A stretch of DNA of 64,000 nucleotides from the sequence record PQ671644.1, one strand, 5' to 3'. How positions within the stretch are numbered: position 1 is the first letter of the stretch; each line of letters starts with the position of its first letter. The position numbers were made by a program, and so were the translations under genes. The notes under the pieces are model-generated. The model ran no database searches. It saw only the letters and a program-made list of their open reading frames with translations, and was not told the DNA's origin. This DNA is from Escherichia phage DCP80. This document shows positions 28,026-37,629 of the stretch, one piece after another.

Positions 28026-28381
28026 TTAGTTGGCTCAAGAATTTATTCAAGACTAAACCTGGTGAAGGGGTGGTTCCTGTTAGCCTGCCAGATGTTAAAC
28101 TAAGAGAATATGTTTACATGGGCGATGGTATGATGGAAGAAGTTCGTCGCCGCCCAGAAAAAGCCGGTAATGTCGGACCAGGCGCATTGCCATTGAATTC
28201 GAAAAAGTTAAAAGAGCATCTGGATTCAAGACGTTCTACAAGCCATGTCGATACTACACCGCATATTGATATGACTCCGATTGTGGTTACTGCGGCCGCT
28301 GTCAGTTCGTGGACTGGTGATTCGTCTTATTCCTCCTATGATTCAGGAAGCTGCGATTCATCTTCCAGCTCGTGTGATTAA
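28022..28381 (+). CDS. hypothetical protein (118 aa), Ser/Cys-rich C-terminus
   Basis: ORF overlapping upstream stop; ends in S/C-rich tail. Confidence 0.5.
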   Translation: MISWLKNLFKTKPGEGVVPVSLPDVKLREYVYMGDGMMEEVRRRPEKAGNVGPGALPLNSKKLKEHLDSRRSTSHVDTTPHIDMTPIVVTAAAVSSWTGDSSYSSYDSGSCDSSSSSCD

Positions 28382-28576
28382 ATGAGAATTACAAGTTGGC
28401 TTAAAGATTGGTTGGTTACCCCGGGGATTGATGATTCCTGGGTGGCCAGAGCCGAGGAAGAAATGCAGCGCGAAGCTGAAGAATGGGCCGCCGCAAGCGT
28501 CAAAGATATGCAGGAAAAGAAGACCGAACGAGCTGTGCTTAAACTGATGCGTGATATCTACGGAGATAAATCATGA
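28382..28576 (+). CDS. hypothetical protein (64 aa)
   Basis: ATG directly after the preceding stop; acidic/helical. Confidence 0.45.
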   Translation: MRITSWLKDWLVTPGIDDSWVARAEEEMQREAEEWAAASVKDMQEKKTERAVLKLMRDIYGDKS

Positions 28577-28722
28577 CACAAGAAGAAGCTGAACGTCAGG
28601 CAAAAGAAGCACTGGATTTGCTTTTGAAAATTGGCAGTAAAATGATGGAAGAAAATGAAAAGTACATCAAGGAAAATAAAGTTCCTGATGGTCCATTAGT
28701 TGGTAAGAGGAAAACATTATGA
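28573..28722 (+). CDS. hypothetical small protein (49 aa)
   Basis: Short ORF read from sequence ([17 protein letters not shown]...); fills the gap between neighbours with start/stop overlaps; below ORF-track cutoff. Confidence 0.3.
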   Translation: MTQEEAERQAKEALDLLLKIGSKMMEENEKYIKENKVPDGPLVGKRKTL

Positions 28723-29207
28723 AAGTATATGAATTAGAATTCTATGTCCGTGATTCTGCTGGGCAAACACGACCTTACGATGCAACAGCCTGTCTTATCT
28801 TTGCATATAATGGCATGGATTCGGTTACTGAGTTGGAAACAAAATTAATGAACCTGACGATGCCAGAAAATGTCATGATGAAGGTATTTCATAACAAAAA
28901 CGTTAATGTGGCTGAAGGGTGTCCGTTTACTGTTTCCGAAGCTCTACACATTAAAGGCTATCGTCACCCGGACCCTTATGCAGAAGGTACTGCGGATATC
29001 TTCTATAAAGATACCGATAGAATTTCAGAAGAACGCCTTAAAGGTCGCACATATCTGATTTCCACTACCGACGACCTTGCTGAAGTTGAACGTCAGATTT
29101 GGAAGCACTTTGATATCGGTCTGCGCTTTACTTTAACAGAAGAAGCTATTCAAGATACTAAAATGCGTGCTCGTATGTATGGTTACGGTCCGATTGGTGG
29201 TTACTAA
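28719..29207 (+). CDS. hypothetical protein (162 aa; mrh position and size)
   Basis: T4 has mrh (161 aa) downstream of soc; assignment by position and length only. Confidence 0.45.
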   Translation: MKVYELEFYVRDSAGQTRPYDATACLIFAYNGMDSVTELETKLMNLTMPENVMMKVFHNKNVNVAEGCPFTVSEALHIKGYRHPDPYAEGTADIFYKDTDRISEERLKGRTYLISTTDDLAEVERQIWKHFDIGLRFTLTEEAIQDTKMRARMYGYGPIGGY

Positions 29208-29383
29208 TGGATTTATTTGAACTTTTTGAAGAGCCTAAAGCTCCCACAGAAGCCCGTGTGGACCTAGTTGACGAACTTGATGCGATTATACAGAAGCACG
29301 GTTTTAGTCTCCCATTGGAAGTTCTGCGCGACCTGGCCTCATATTACGACGACCCACCTCCATGGGCACCATGGAAACAGTAG
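29207..29383 (+). CDS. hypothetical small protein (58 aa)
   Basis: Short ORF ([13 protein letters not shown]...) with start overlapping upstream stop; below ORF-track cutoff. Confidence 0.3.
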   Translation: MDLFELFEEPKAPTEARVDLVDELDAIIQKHGFSLPLEVLRDLASYYDDPPPWAPWKQ

Positions 29384-29439
29384 TTTACTTACTCCCCTCC
29401 TAATGACATAATGACCTTTCTTACAACAGAGAGGTCATT

Positions 29440-29505
29440 ATGAACATCATCAAATCTGATACCGAACCCAACCAGTTAAAATTTAGTGAAATGGAGATAG
29501 CTTCA
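29440..29505 (+). CDS. hypothetical protein, N-terminal 22 codons (truncated by N-run)
   Basis: ATG 29440 with GAGAGG RBS embedded in a 10-bp inverted repeat. Confidence 0.35.
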
Positions 29506-29540
29506 NNNNNNNNNNNNNNNNNNNNNNNNNNNNNNNNNNN
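29506..29540. other. N-run (scaffold junction)
   Basis: 35 n. Confidence 0.95.
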
Positions 29541-29756
29541 ACTGAAGGCACAAGCCCCGGTGGCCAAGGTTCAAGTCAATCAGCAGGCCCTTCTAATGGT
29601 TCTGCACATGCATCACATTCTCAAGGTATAGAGAATATTAAATCCAGCTATGTAAATACCACTCACGGTAAAGCACAGGAAGCATGGGCGAAAGGTAGAG
29701 TAGTTACTGATTCTGTTTTCTGTCATATGCCAAAATATGTTGGTTGTAAGAAATAA
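29541..29756 (+). CDS. hypothetical protein, C-terminal 71 codons
   Basis: Stop-free frame from the gap to TAA at 29754 (..SAHASHSQGIENIK..CHMPKYVGCKK); may be the same gene as the 29440 fragment. Confidence 0.5.
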   Translation, partial: TEGTSPGGQGSSQSAGPSNGSAHASHSQGIENIKSSYVNTTHGKAQEAWAKGRVVTDSVFCHMPKYVGCKK

Positions 29757-29761
29757 TCTAA

Positions 29762-29783
29762 GGACCCTTCGGGGTCCTTTTTT
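29762..29783 (+). terminator. rho-independent terminator
   Basis: GGACCC-UUCG-GGGUCC followed by UUUUUU. Confidence 0.65.
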
Positions 29784-29796
29784 ATTTTAAAAAGTA

Positions 29797-29826
29797 GTGT
29801 ACAACCAGATGGTCATAAGACATAAT
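29797..29826 (+). promoter_or_regulatory. T4-type early promoter
   Basis: GTGTAC-18nt-CATAAT then GATTCCATACTGAGTTACC leader and GGAG RBS. Confidence 0.55.
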
Positions 29827-29867
29827 GATTCCATACTGAGTTACCAAATAAACAAACGGAGAATAAA

Positions 29868-30074
29868 ATGTTAGAATTAATCAAAGCTGCTGGTGAAAAA
29901 GGTCTGATGGTTAACACTCGTGACCCTGAGCAACGTCAAGCATTTGGTGAGTTAAAAGCCAAAGGTCTGGTTAAAGCATCCCTTGGTATTGGTAATGCTT
30001 TGCGTGTGACTTTGACCCCTGCAGGTAAAGCAATGTTCTTCCCTAAACCATTACCAAAACGTCGTCGCAAGTGA
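29868..30074 (+). CDS. hypothetical protein (68 aa), basic C-terminal tail
   Basis: ORF with GGAG RBS; ends KPLPKRRRK. Confidence 0.5.
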   Translation: MLELIKAAGEKGLMVNTRDPEQRQAFGELKAKGLVKASLGIGNALRVTLTPAGKAMFFPKPLPKRRRK

Positions 30075-30080
30075 GGAATT

Positions 30081-30383
30081 ATGAAGAAGTATGAACTTGA
30101 CATGATTGAGGCATGTCTGAAATCTGCTGACCATTTTAAGTTGAAAATGCACAAGTTAAGAGGAATGGTCAAAACTCCAGAAGAGAAGAAGCGATATGCT
30201 CTTAAGGAGAAATGTAAAGCTCTTATCATGATGGATAAGCTGCAAATGGTCGCCGCAGAAGCTCACAGGACACGTAAAGCCGAGGCCCTTGGTGTTTATA
30301 TGGCAGAGCAGCTTCATCGTGCACAGCAAGCCGTTAAGAGCGTCTGGTTCAGCGGTGAAAATACTGAAAGAACTTTTAATTAA
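30081..30383 (+). CDS. hypothetical protein (100 aa)
   Basis: ORF with GAGGAA RBS; helical, Lys-rich. Confidence 0.5.
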   Translation: MKKYELDMIEACLKSADHFKLKMHKLRGMVKTPEEKKRYALKEKCKALIMMDKLQMVAAEAHRTRKAEALGVYMAEQLHRAQQAVKSVWFSGENTERTFN

Positions 30384-30385
30384 AT

Positions 30386-30415
30386 GTGTACATAGTATGG
30401 GGATAGACGTATAAT
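30386..30415 (+). promoter_or_regulatory. T4-type early promoter
   Basis: GTGTAC-18nt-TATAAT then GTTCCCATACTGAGTTACC leader. Confidence 0.55.
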
Positions 30416-30451
30416 GTTCCCATACTGAGTTACCAAATACTGGAGAATAAA

Positions 30452-30976
30452 ATGGACGCAAAATCAATCTTTAATCTGATTAATTACAATAATGGTAATT
30501 TTAAATCAGAAGCGCAAAGCAAGTTCTTTAATGATGTTGCTTGTGCAGGTGAGATTACAGTATCAGGTGGTCAGACTTATAAAAACGCCTGGAACTGGAT
30601 TGTGACTGTTGATTCAGTTGGTATTGTTGATGTGTATAAAAACACCAACAAAAACCGCTCTTTGTTCTGGTCAAGAGAGACTAATGCAGAATATCAAGCG
30701 ACAAGAGCGAAGAAAAATATGCCTACTGAATCTGATGTACAAAACATCAAATCAGATATCCAATATTATGATGGTCTGATTGCTGAACAACAAGCGGTGC
30801 TTGATAAGTTCAATGAAATCAAGGCGTGTAAAGAGATTCCTGAATTCATGAGGGAATCAGTTAATGAACAATACAATCTCACTTCAGAGCGTATTGAAAC
30901 CTATACCAAACAAAGAGCAGAGCGCCAGGTACTCCTTCAGAAGTTTGAAGAGCGTTTAAAGACGGTTCTCGCATAA
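30452..30976 (+). CDS. hypothetical protein (174 aa)
   Basis: ORF with GGAG RBS; no family recognised. Confidence 0.55.
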   Translation: MDAKSIFNLINYNNGNFKSEAQSKFFNDVACAGEITVSGGQTYKNAWNWIVTVDSVGIVDVYKNTNKNRSLFWSRETNAEYQATRAKKNMPTESDVQNIKSDIQYYDGLIAEQQAVLDKFNEIKACKEIPEFMRESVNEQYNLTSERIETYTKQRAERQVLLQKFEERLKTVLA

Positions 30977-30978
30977 AC

Positions 30979-31002
30979 GCTTTATACCAAGGATGGTATA
31001 AT
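30979..31002 (+). promoter_or_regulatory. putative middle promoter (MotA-box-like GCTTTA + TATAAT)
   Basis: GCTTTA then 12 nt then TATAAT; shares CCAAGGATGG with the promoter at 32984. Confidence 0.45.
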
Positions 31003-31039
31003 GGTTCTGACCTTTGATTAATCTATTGAGGAAATTATT

Positions 31040-31882
31040 ATGTCACAAGCAATTAATGAAATTCGTTCTGAAGTTAAAAAAGTTATTAAATTTGGTCGTA
31101 TTCCAAGCACTAAAGATGTGGTTGAAAAGGTTCTATATATGATGTGGGACAAGTTCAATGTTTGTACTGTTAAAAATGACTTCACTAAAATCTTTGACAA
31201 GACTAAAGGTTCGTTTACATTAGAAGACCGAGTCATGAAAACTCTTCGTAAAACAGGTATGTTGTCTCGTGCTAATGCCAAAATTATTCTTAAAAAATAT
31301 AACAAAGGCTACGACCTTTATGGTCGTGCGATTAACACCATGACGTTTGATGAAGTGGTTAAAGACCTTCATGCCAACCAACGACGTTTACTAGCACTAG
31401 GTGCTCGCCTTGCAAAAGGTCAAGATAAACAAATGACCTTTAAAACCAATAATTCTTTAGATTATAAAGTATTCAATGTTATTAAAGGTCAAAATGAAGG
31501 CGAATACAGTATTTCTTCTTTTAGTGGTTGTCAATATGACAACTGGAAGTTCCATCTCCGATTGGCCTTGTCTGAATTAGAACAGCACGGTGTTCTTAGT
31601 TTTGGTGATGCCGAAACTGGAGCAGGTCAGCGTATTAAACTTTATAAAATTAAAGACCTGGCTGAAGACTCTTCAGAACAAGCTCCTAAAATGGAACCTG
31701 TTCCAGTGCGAAGCAATGAAAAATATTCAGAGCAAATTGAGCTTTTCACTAAACAGATTGAAGAGCTTAACATCACCATCCAGCAGCAAGATGATGAAAT
31801 TTTCCGCCTGTCAGGACTGAACGGCGCGGCAAAAGCTGAACGTCAGAAACTGATGGACGTTATTAAATTGCTTAAGGCTTAA
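31040..31882 (+). CDS. hypothetical protein (280 aa), coiled-coil C-terminus
   Basis: ORF with GAGGAA RBS; C-terminal heptad-like region. Confidence 0.55.
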   Translation: MSQAINEIRSEVKKVIKFGRIPSTKDVVEKVLYMMWDKFNVCTVKNDFTKIFDKTKGSFTLEDRVMKTLRKTGMLSRANAKIILKKYNKGYDLYGRAINTMTFDEVVKDLHANQRRLLALGARLAKGQDKQMTFKTNNSLDYKVFNVIKGQNEGEYSISSFSGCQYDNWKFHLRLALSELEQHGVLSFGDAETGAGQRIKLYKIKDLAEDSSEQAPKMEPVPVRSNEKYSEQIELFTKQIEELNITIQQQDDEIFRLSGLNGAAKAERQKLMDVIKLLKA

Positions 31883-31883
31883 T

Positions 31884-32099
31884 ATGACCATTTTGATTAT
31901 CAGTATTATTTTTGGTTATCTTGTGACGGGTTTTATTACTACCCTGTTGCTTCACAAGTTTGATAGTCCCTACGAAAGTGGGGACGAGTATGATGCGGTG
32001 TTCACAACATTTTGCTGGCCTATATTCTGGGTAGTCGCTGTTATAATGTGTGTGACCTGGCCTTTTGCTAAACTCTATGAAAAATTATTTGGACTATGA
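31884..32099 (+). CDS. small membrane protein (71 aa)
   Basis: Two hydrophobic helices (ILIISIIFGYLVTGFITTLLL; WPIFWVVAVIMCVTW). Confidence 0.5.
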   Translation: MTILIISIIFGYLVTGFITTLLLHKFDSPYESGDEYDAVFTTFCWPIFWVVAVIMCVTWPFAKLYEKLFGL

Positions 32100-32100
32100 T

Positions 32101-32982
32101 ATGAACATTAAAACACGTAAAGAATATTCTCGATTTGAACAGCGTGAAGGACGTGCAACCCGTCTTATCGCGATGAATTCTCTGGTTAACTTTGGCAAAA
32201 TCAAATCAGGTTCTGCCACCCAGGGGTATGGACAACGTATTGTAAGAATTAACTCTCTGAATGATTACTGCCGCCGCCCGGCGTTTTTGTTTGGTGCCAC
32301 AGTTCGTAAGAGCATCAAGGAAATCCTGGCCGCTGGACTTCGTATTCGTAAAGCTCCAGTTAACATCAAGAACTATAATTTTACCTCCAGTAACTTGATT
32401 ATCAATATCAAGAATGATGGTGTGCAGATTAAGTTCAAGCCAACCACCAAGGGTGATGTTGCTCTTTGTGATACCTTTAAAGAGGTTATGGGTATTGCGC
32501 TGTTTTATATGCGCCATGCTGTTGAAGCATACACGTTTGAAGAAGATACAAATTATATCCACCAAACGGAAAAATTCCTTAAAACTATAACCATTGATAT
32601 TAAATTGACTAAAGAATATCTTTTGTCTTACGCTCCTTATCAGGAGAAAAAGGAACCAGAAATGACAGAACGTATCCCTACCGCATCATATGGCCCAGCA
32701 TTTGCAGGTCAGTTTAAATCTTACGACCAGGCTAAAATTTCACCGTTGGACGTTAAAAACATGTACAAATGGAAAGTTCAACCATCCAGCTCTCTTGAAA
32801 TCTTTAACCCACCAATGAAGCCTATTGAGAGCTATCATGCTGATGCTATCCAGGAATCAGTCAACCGCTTAAATGGTCTGATTGAAGATGAGAAAAAGGG
32901 TATCCAGGATGTTCTGAATCGCATCAAGAACATGGAAACACAACGCAATAAATTGCAGGCGGCGATTTTAGCATTAAAATAA
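32101..32982 (+). CDS. hypothetical protein (293 aa)
   Basis: ATG 1 nt after upstream stop; track ORF starts earlier at 32065 in overlap. Confidence 0.55.
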   Translation: MNIKTRKEYSRFEQREGRATRLIAMNSLVNFGKIKSGSATQGYGQRIVRINSLNDYCRRPAFLFGATVRKSIKEILAAGLRIRKAPVNIKNYNFTSSNLIINIKNDGVQIKFKPTTKGDVALCDTFKEVMGIALFYMRHAVEAYTFEEDTNYIHQTEKFLKTITIDIKLTKEYLLSYAPYQEKKEPEMTERIPTASYGPAFAGQFKSYDQAKISPLDVKNMYKWKVQPSSSLEIFNPPMKPIESYHADAIQESVNRLNGLIEDEKKGIQDVLNRIKNMETQRNKLQAAILALK

Positions 32983-32983
32983 T

Positions 32984-33013
32984 GTTTACTTCCAAGGATG
33001 GAGGGAGTATAAT
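32984..33013 (+). promoter_or_regulatory. T4-type early promoter (consensus GTTTAC / TATAAT)
   Basis: GTTTAC-18nt-TATAAT followed by GAGGAG RBS. Confidence 0.55.
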
Positions 33014-33040
33014 GAATTCCTACTTTATGAGGAGAACACT

Positions 33041-33784
33041 ATGACACGTAACGAATATATCCAGGCCTTTAACGCAACTATCGACACAAAAGTAAAACCA
33101 TTGACAGGCGAATCGGCTATCCTTTTAATTATCAATTATTGGTTAAATCAGATTGATTCGACGATTGTTGCATCTGGTCGCTTCAAGAAAGACATTGCAA
33201 CTATTGCGAGTCGTGCCGGTAATGATGATATCAAGAAAACTTTTAAAGGTTCCAGAGTCCTGGCGTACCTGGTTAATAAAGACCTTCTTCATAAGTTTGG
33301 TGTTGAATCCAACCGCGGTAAAGGTACAATTGGGTATCATTGGTTTGGCGATGTTGAAAAATACTACCTTGATAAACAAGGCTATACTGTTTCTGAATTC
33401 GCACATTGCTGGGCTCGTGAATTCAGAGATAACAAAATGTCTATCATAAAATCAGCGACAAAATTGATGGGCGGTGATTTTCGCACTATCTCCCATTTGG
33501 CTGAGCACATGATAAAGGTTAAAGAGTCTGGTGAAAACCAGGTAATTATTACAGTTAAGCATGAGTTCTTTACGCCGGTGGCTACTCCAGAAAATGTCAA
33601 AAAGTATCTTGATGTTGCCTGTACGCTTTCTCATCAGCTGGTGTGTGCCCTTAACTATATGCGCACTGTTGAAAAAATTAAAGTAGACCCTATCACCAGT
33701 GCTCATGGTTGGAAAGGTTGGAAAATTGTGGTGACATTACCGACGATGAAGATGAGGACGATGAATAATGTTTATTATCCCTGA
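33041..33784 (+). CDS. hypothetical protein (247 aa) at the position of T4 genes 20/67
   Basis: ORF overlapping the gene 68 start by 17 nt; no resemblance to portal gp20 or gp67 noticed. Confidence 0.55.
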   Translation: MTRNEYIQAFNATIDTKVKPLTGESAILLIINYWLNQIDSTIVASGRFKKDIATIASRAGNDDIKKTFKGSRVLAYLVNKDLLHKFGVESNRGKGTIGYHWFGDVEKYYLDKQGYTVSEFAHCWAREFRDNKMSIIKSATKLMGGDFRTISHLAEHMIKVKESGENQVIITVKHEFFTPVATPENVKKYLDVACTLSHQLVCALNYMRTVEKIKVDPITSAHGWKGWKIVVTLPTMKMRTMNNVYYP

Positions 33785-34196
33785 TGATTACGAATTAACT
33801 CTTGAAAACATTGAAAGTGTTTCCGAAGAAGCTCAGGGACAATTTGATTCATTATCTGAAGCCTTAGAAAAAGACGATATAAATATTATTGTAGAAAACA
33901 TGTTTGCAGCCGGTGAATACGAAAAAGCAACGGTTATCGGCGCTCTGAATGAAGGTGTTCAGCTTAACGAATTTATCGTTAAACATGTATCGTCTCGCGG
34001 TGAGTTAACCCGCACAAAAGACCGAGCTACTCGTAAGCGTAATGCTTTCCAAACAACTGGTCTTTCTAAAGCTAAACGTCGTCAAATTGCCCGTCTGGCT
34101 ACTAAAACGAAAAGAGCAAACCCATCTACGCAAATCAGAGCAGAGCGCAAGCGCAAAAAAGCTCGAGCTAAGCGTAAAGCATTCGGACTTGATTAA
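33768..34196 (+). CDS. 68: prohead core protein gp68
   Basis: 142 aa (T4 gp68 is 141 aa), basic C-terminal tail; immediately upstream of gene 21 as in T4. Confidence 0.7.
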   Translation: MFIIPDDYELTLENIESVSEEAQGQFDSLSEALEKDDINIIVENMFAAGEYEKATVIGALNEGVQLNEFIVKHVSSRGELTRTKDRATRKRNAFQTTGLSKAKRRQIARLATKTKRANPSTQIRAERKRKKARAKRKAFGLD

Positions 34197-34834
34197 TGGA
34201 ACAGAAACCAGAGTTACTAATCGAACACTGGGGTCAACCGGGCGAAATTAAAGATGGTGTACCGATGTTGGAATCTCATGATGGTTCCAGCAGCGGTTTA
34301 AAGCCAGGACTTTATATTGAAGGTATTTTCCTACAAGCTGAAGTTGTTAACCGTAATAAACGACTTTATCCTAAACATATTTTGGAAAAAGCCGTTGCGG
34401 ACTATATCGCCGAACAGGTTGAAACCAAGCAGTCTCTTGGAGAATTAAACCATCCACCTCGCGCAAACGTTGACCCTATGCAGGCAGCAATTATTATCGA
34501 GGAAATGTGGTGGAAAGGGAATGATGTATATGGCCGCGCGCGTATTATCGAAGGCGACCATGGCCCAGGTGATAAACTTGCTGCGAATATAAGAGCAGGT
34601 TGGATTCCTGGTGTATCTAGTCGTGGACTTGGTTCCTTGACTAAATCAGCAAAAGGTTATAGCATCGTTAATGAAGGTTTTAAATTGACGGTTGGAGTAG
34701 ATGCAGTATGGGGGCCAAGTGCTCCGGACGCTTGGGTCAAACCAAAGCAGATTACAGAATCACAAACGGCAGTTGCCGATACCAGTGCCGATGACGCCTT
34801 TATGGCTCTCGCAGAGGCTTTAAAGACGTTATAA
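34196..34834 (+). CDS. 21: prohead protease gp21
   Basis: 212 aa; matches T4 gp21 closely (GQPGEI.DGVPMLESHDG, LKPGLYIEGIF.QAEVVNRNKRLYPK, GELNHPPRANVDP, GDHGPGDKLAANIRAGWIPGVSSRGLGSL). Confidence 0.93.
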   Translation: MEQKPELLIEHWGQPGEIKDGVPMLESHDGSSSGLKPGLYIEGIFLQAEVVNRNKRLYPKHILEKAVADYIAEQVETKQSLGELNHPPRANVDPMQAAIIIEEMWWKGNDVYGRARIIEGDHGPGDKLAANIRAGWIPGVSSRGLGSLTKSAKGYSIVNEGFKLTVGVDAVWGPSAPDAWVKPKQITESQTAVADTSADDAFMALAEALKTL

Positions 34835-34837
34835 ATA
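34830..34837 (+). promoter_or_regulatory. late promoter TATAAATA for gene 22
   Basis: Exact TATAAATA overlapping the gene 21 stop, 30 nt upstream of the gene 22 ATG. Confidence 0.55.
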
Positions 34838-34866
34838 AATGTATATCTTAACAACAGGACTACAAA

Positions 34867-35685
34867 ATGCTTAAAGAACAACTCATTTCTGAAGCTCAGA
34901 ATATCGATGCTTCCGTTGCTCTTGATAGTATTTTCGAATCAGTTAATTTGTCCCCGGAAGCGAAAGCTACCTTCGGCACTGTATTCGAAGCTACCGTCAA
35001 GCAACACGCCATCAAACTGGCAGAATCTCACATTCACGCCATCGCTGAAAAAGCTGAAGAAGAAGTCGAAAAGAATAAAGAAGAAGCCGACGAAAAAGCA
35101 GAGAAAAAACTGAAAGAATCTGCAGCTAAATTCCTGGACCACGTTGCTAAAGAATGGCTCGCTGAAAATAAACTGGCTGTCGACCGCGGCATTAAAGCTG
35201 ACCTGTTCGAATCCATGTTCACCGGCATGAAAGAACTGTTCGTTGAGCACAACGTTGTTGTTCCAGAAGAATCTGTCGATGTTGTTGCAGAAATGCAGGA
35301 AGAACTGGCTGAACAGAAAGAAGAAACCGCTAATCTGTTCGAAGAAGTTGCTAAGCGTGATGCTTATATCAATTATGTCCAACGTGAAGTTGCGTTGACT
35401 GAAGCGACTAAAGACCTGACTGAATCCCAAAAAGAAAAAGTTGGTTCTCTGGTAGAAGGCATGGAATACTCTGATGCATTCGGTACCAAAATTGGCGCTA
35501 TCGTTGAAATGGTTAAAGGTCAGGTAGAACCCACCAACAAACCAATCACCGAAGCCGCTATAAATAAAAATGTAGACGATGCTGCGGCACTGAATTACAT
35601 TTCAGAAGCAGTTGAAGAAAAAGGCGCCAAGCCTACCCTGTCCTTCGCGGACTTGTCTGCTCTCGCAGCATCACGAATTTCTTAA
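34867..35685 (+). CDS. 22: prohead core scaffold protein gp22
   Basis: 272 aa, acidic helical protein between 21 and 23 (T4 gp22 269 aa). Confidence 0.85.
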   Translation: MLKEQLISEAQNIDASVALDSIFESVNLSPEAKATFGTVFEATVKQHAIKLAESHIHAIAEKAEEEVEKNKEEADEKAEKKLKESAAKFLDHVAKEWLAENKLAVDRGIKADLFESMFTGMKELFVEHNVVVPEESVDVVAEMQEELAEQKEETANLFEEVAKRDAYINYVQREVALTEATKDLTESQKEKVGSLVEGMEYSDAFGTKIGAIVEMVKGQVEPTNKPITEAAINKNVDDAAALNYISEAVEEKGAKPTLSFADLSALAASRIS

Positions 35686-35706
35686 TTTAATAAGGTTATA
35701 CAACAC

Positions 35707-37266
35707 ATGAAAAAGAATGCATTAGTTCAAAAATGGTCCGCTCTGTTGGAAAACGAAGCTCTTCCGGAAATCGTTGGTGCTTCTAAACAAGCTATCATCG
35801 CTAAAATCTTTGAAAACCAGGAACAAGATATTCTGACCGCTCCTGAATACCGTGACGAAAAAATCTCCGAGGCATTTGGTTCTTTCCTGACCGAAGCTGA
35901 AATCGGTGGTGACCATGGTTATGATGCTACCAATATCGCTGCTGGCCAGACCTCTGGTGCAGTAACTCAGATTGGGCCGGCAGTTATGGGCATGGTTCGT
36001 CGTGCTATCCCGCATCTGATTGCGTTTGATATTTGTGGCGTACAGCCTCTGAACAACCCGACTGGCCAGGTATTTGCCCTGCGTGCAGTATACGGTAAAG
36101 ACCCTGTAGCTGCTGGTGCTAAAGAAGCTTTCCACCCGATGTATGCTCCGAACGCTATGTTCTCTGGTCAGGGCGCTGCTGAAGCTTTTGAAGCACTGGC
36201 TGCAAGCAAAGTTCTGGAAGTTGGTAAAATTTATTCTCACTTCTTCGAAGCAACCGGTTCTGCACACTTCCAGGCTGTTGAAGCTGTAACTGTTGATGCT
36301 GCTGCTACTGATGCCGCTAAACTTGACGCCGAAGTTACCAAACTGCTCGAAGCTGGTAAGCTGGCCGAAATCGCTGAAGGTATGGCTACCTCTATCGCCG
36401 AATTGCAGGAAGGCTTCAACGGTTCTACTGATAACCCGTGGAACGAAATGGGCTTCCGTATCGATAAACAAGTTATCGAAGCTAAATCCCGTCAGCTGAA
36501 AGCAAGTTACTCCATCGAACTGGCACAGGACCTGCGCGCTGTTCATGGTATGGATGCTGATGCCGAATTGAGTGGTATTCTGGCTACCGAAATTATGCTG
36601 GAAATCAACCGCGAAGTTATCGATTGGATTAACTACTCCGCACAGGTTGGTAAATCTGGTATGACCAACACCGTTGGCGCTAAAGCTGGTGTGTTTGACT
36701 TCCAGGACCCGATTGATATCCGTGGCGCTCGTTGGGCTGGTGAAAGCTTCAAAGCCTTACTGTTCCAGATTGATAAAGAAGCCGCTGAAATCGCTCGTCA
36801 GACTGGCCGTGGTGCAGGTAACTTCATCATCGCTTCCCGTAACGTAGTTAACGTGCTGGCTGCTGTTGATACTTCTGTTAGTTATGCTGCTCAGGGTCTG
36901 GGTAAAGATTTCAACGTTGACACCACTAAAGCTGTGTTCGCCGGTGTTCTGGGTGGCAAATACCGTGTATACATCGACCAGTATGCTCGTGCAGACTATT
37001 TCACCATCGGTTATAAAGGCGCTAACGAAATGGATGCTGGTATCTACTACGCACCATATGTTGCACTGACCCCGCTGCGTGGCTCTGACCCGAAAAACTT
37101 CCAGCCGGTTATGGGCTTCAAAACCCGTTACGGTATCGGTATCAACCCGTTTGCTGACCCTGCTGCTCAGGCTCCGACCAAGCGCATTCAGAACGGCATG
37201 CCGGACATCGTTAACAGCCTTGGCTTGAACGGTTACTTTAGACGTGTATATGTTAAGGGAATTTAA
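35707..37266 (+). CDS. 23: major capsid protein gp23
   Basis: 519 aa; near-identical to T4 gp23 over most of its length (GASKQAIIAKIFENQE, GQTSGAVTQIGPAVMGMVRRAIP, ...FRRVYVKGI). Confidence 0.97.
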   Translation: MKKNALVQKWSALLENEALPEIVGASKQAIIAKIFENQEQDILTAPEYRDEKISEAFGSFLTEAEIGGDHGYDATNIAAGQTSGAVTQIGPAVMGMVRRAIPHLIAFDICGVQPLNNPTGQVFALRAVYGKDPVAAGAKEAFHPMYAPNAMFSGQGAAEAFEALAASKVLEVGKIYSHFFEATGSAHFQAVEAVTVDAAATDAAKLDAEVTKLLEAGKLAEIAEGMATSIAELQEGFNGSTDNPWNEMGFRIDKQVIEAKSRQLKASYSIELAQDLRAVHGMDADAELSGILATEIMLEINREVIDWINYSAQVGKSGMTNTVGAKAGVFDFQDPIDIRGARWAGESFKALLFQIDKEAAEIARQTGRGAGNFIIASRNVVNVLAAVDTSVSYAAQGLGKDFNVDTTKAVFAGVLGGKYRVYIDQYARADYFTIGYKGANEMDAGIYYAPYVALTPLRGSDPKNFQPVMGFKTRYGIGINPFADPAAQAPTKRIQNGMPDIVNSLGLNGYFRRVYVKGI

Positions 37267-37280
37267 TCCTTAATAAATTT

Positions 37281-37310
37281 AAGGGACTCTTCGGAGTCCC
37301 TTTCTTGTTT
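37281..37310. terminator. bidirectional terminator between gene 23 and convergent small gene
   Basis: GGGACUC-UUCG-GAGUCCC hairpin with U-runs on both strands. Confidence 0.6.
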
Positions 37311-37592
37311 TCATACCATACCATTTAAATGAACTTCTACCCGGCGCTTGATGAGGTCTCTGAAGTTAACATTGTTTTCTTGAAGTTTCAACCAATTACC
37401 ATTTTTATCTTTAGTGTGAGTAGAATAATTACCATTCCACCAGAAATCAGTGTCATATGCTAAGTTTTCATATTTTTTAACTAGTTTGTTCAGAGCATTA
37501 CCATTAACACCATTTGGGTATTTGTTGACCAATGCAATAACTTCAATTTCCAGATTTTTAAAGGTGTTCAGAAGGAAAGTTGATTTGTTCAT
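37311..37592 (-). CDS. hypothetical protein (93 aa), early gene antisense to the late capsid operon
   Basis: ORF with GGAG RBS and own early promoter between genes 23 and 24 (segD position in T4, but no GIY-YIG motif). Confidence 0.5.
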   Translation of the reverse strand: MNKSTFLLNTFKNLEIEVIALVNKYPNGVNGNALNKLVKKYENLAYDTDFWWNGNYSTHTKDKNGNWLKLQENNVNFRDLIKRRVEVHLNGMV

Positions 37593-37629
37593 TTTTAAAC
37601 TCCATTGTTTGGTAACTCAGTATGGAATC

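Noticed and set aside
35722-36546. 274-aa minus-strand ORF inside gene 23
   Set aside because: Lies entirely antisense within the near-identical-to-T4 major capsid gene; no RBS or promoter; shadow ORF.
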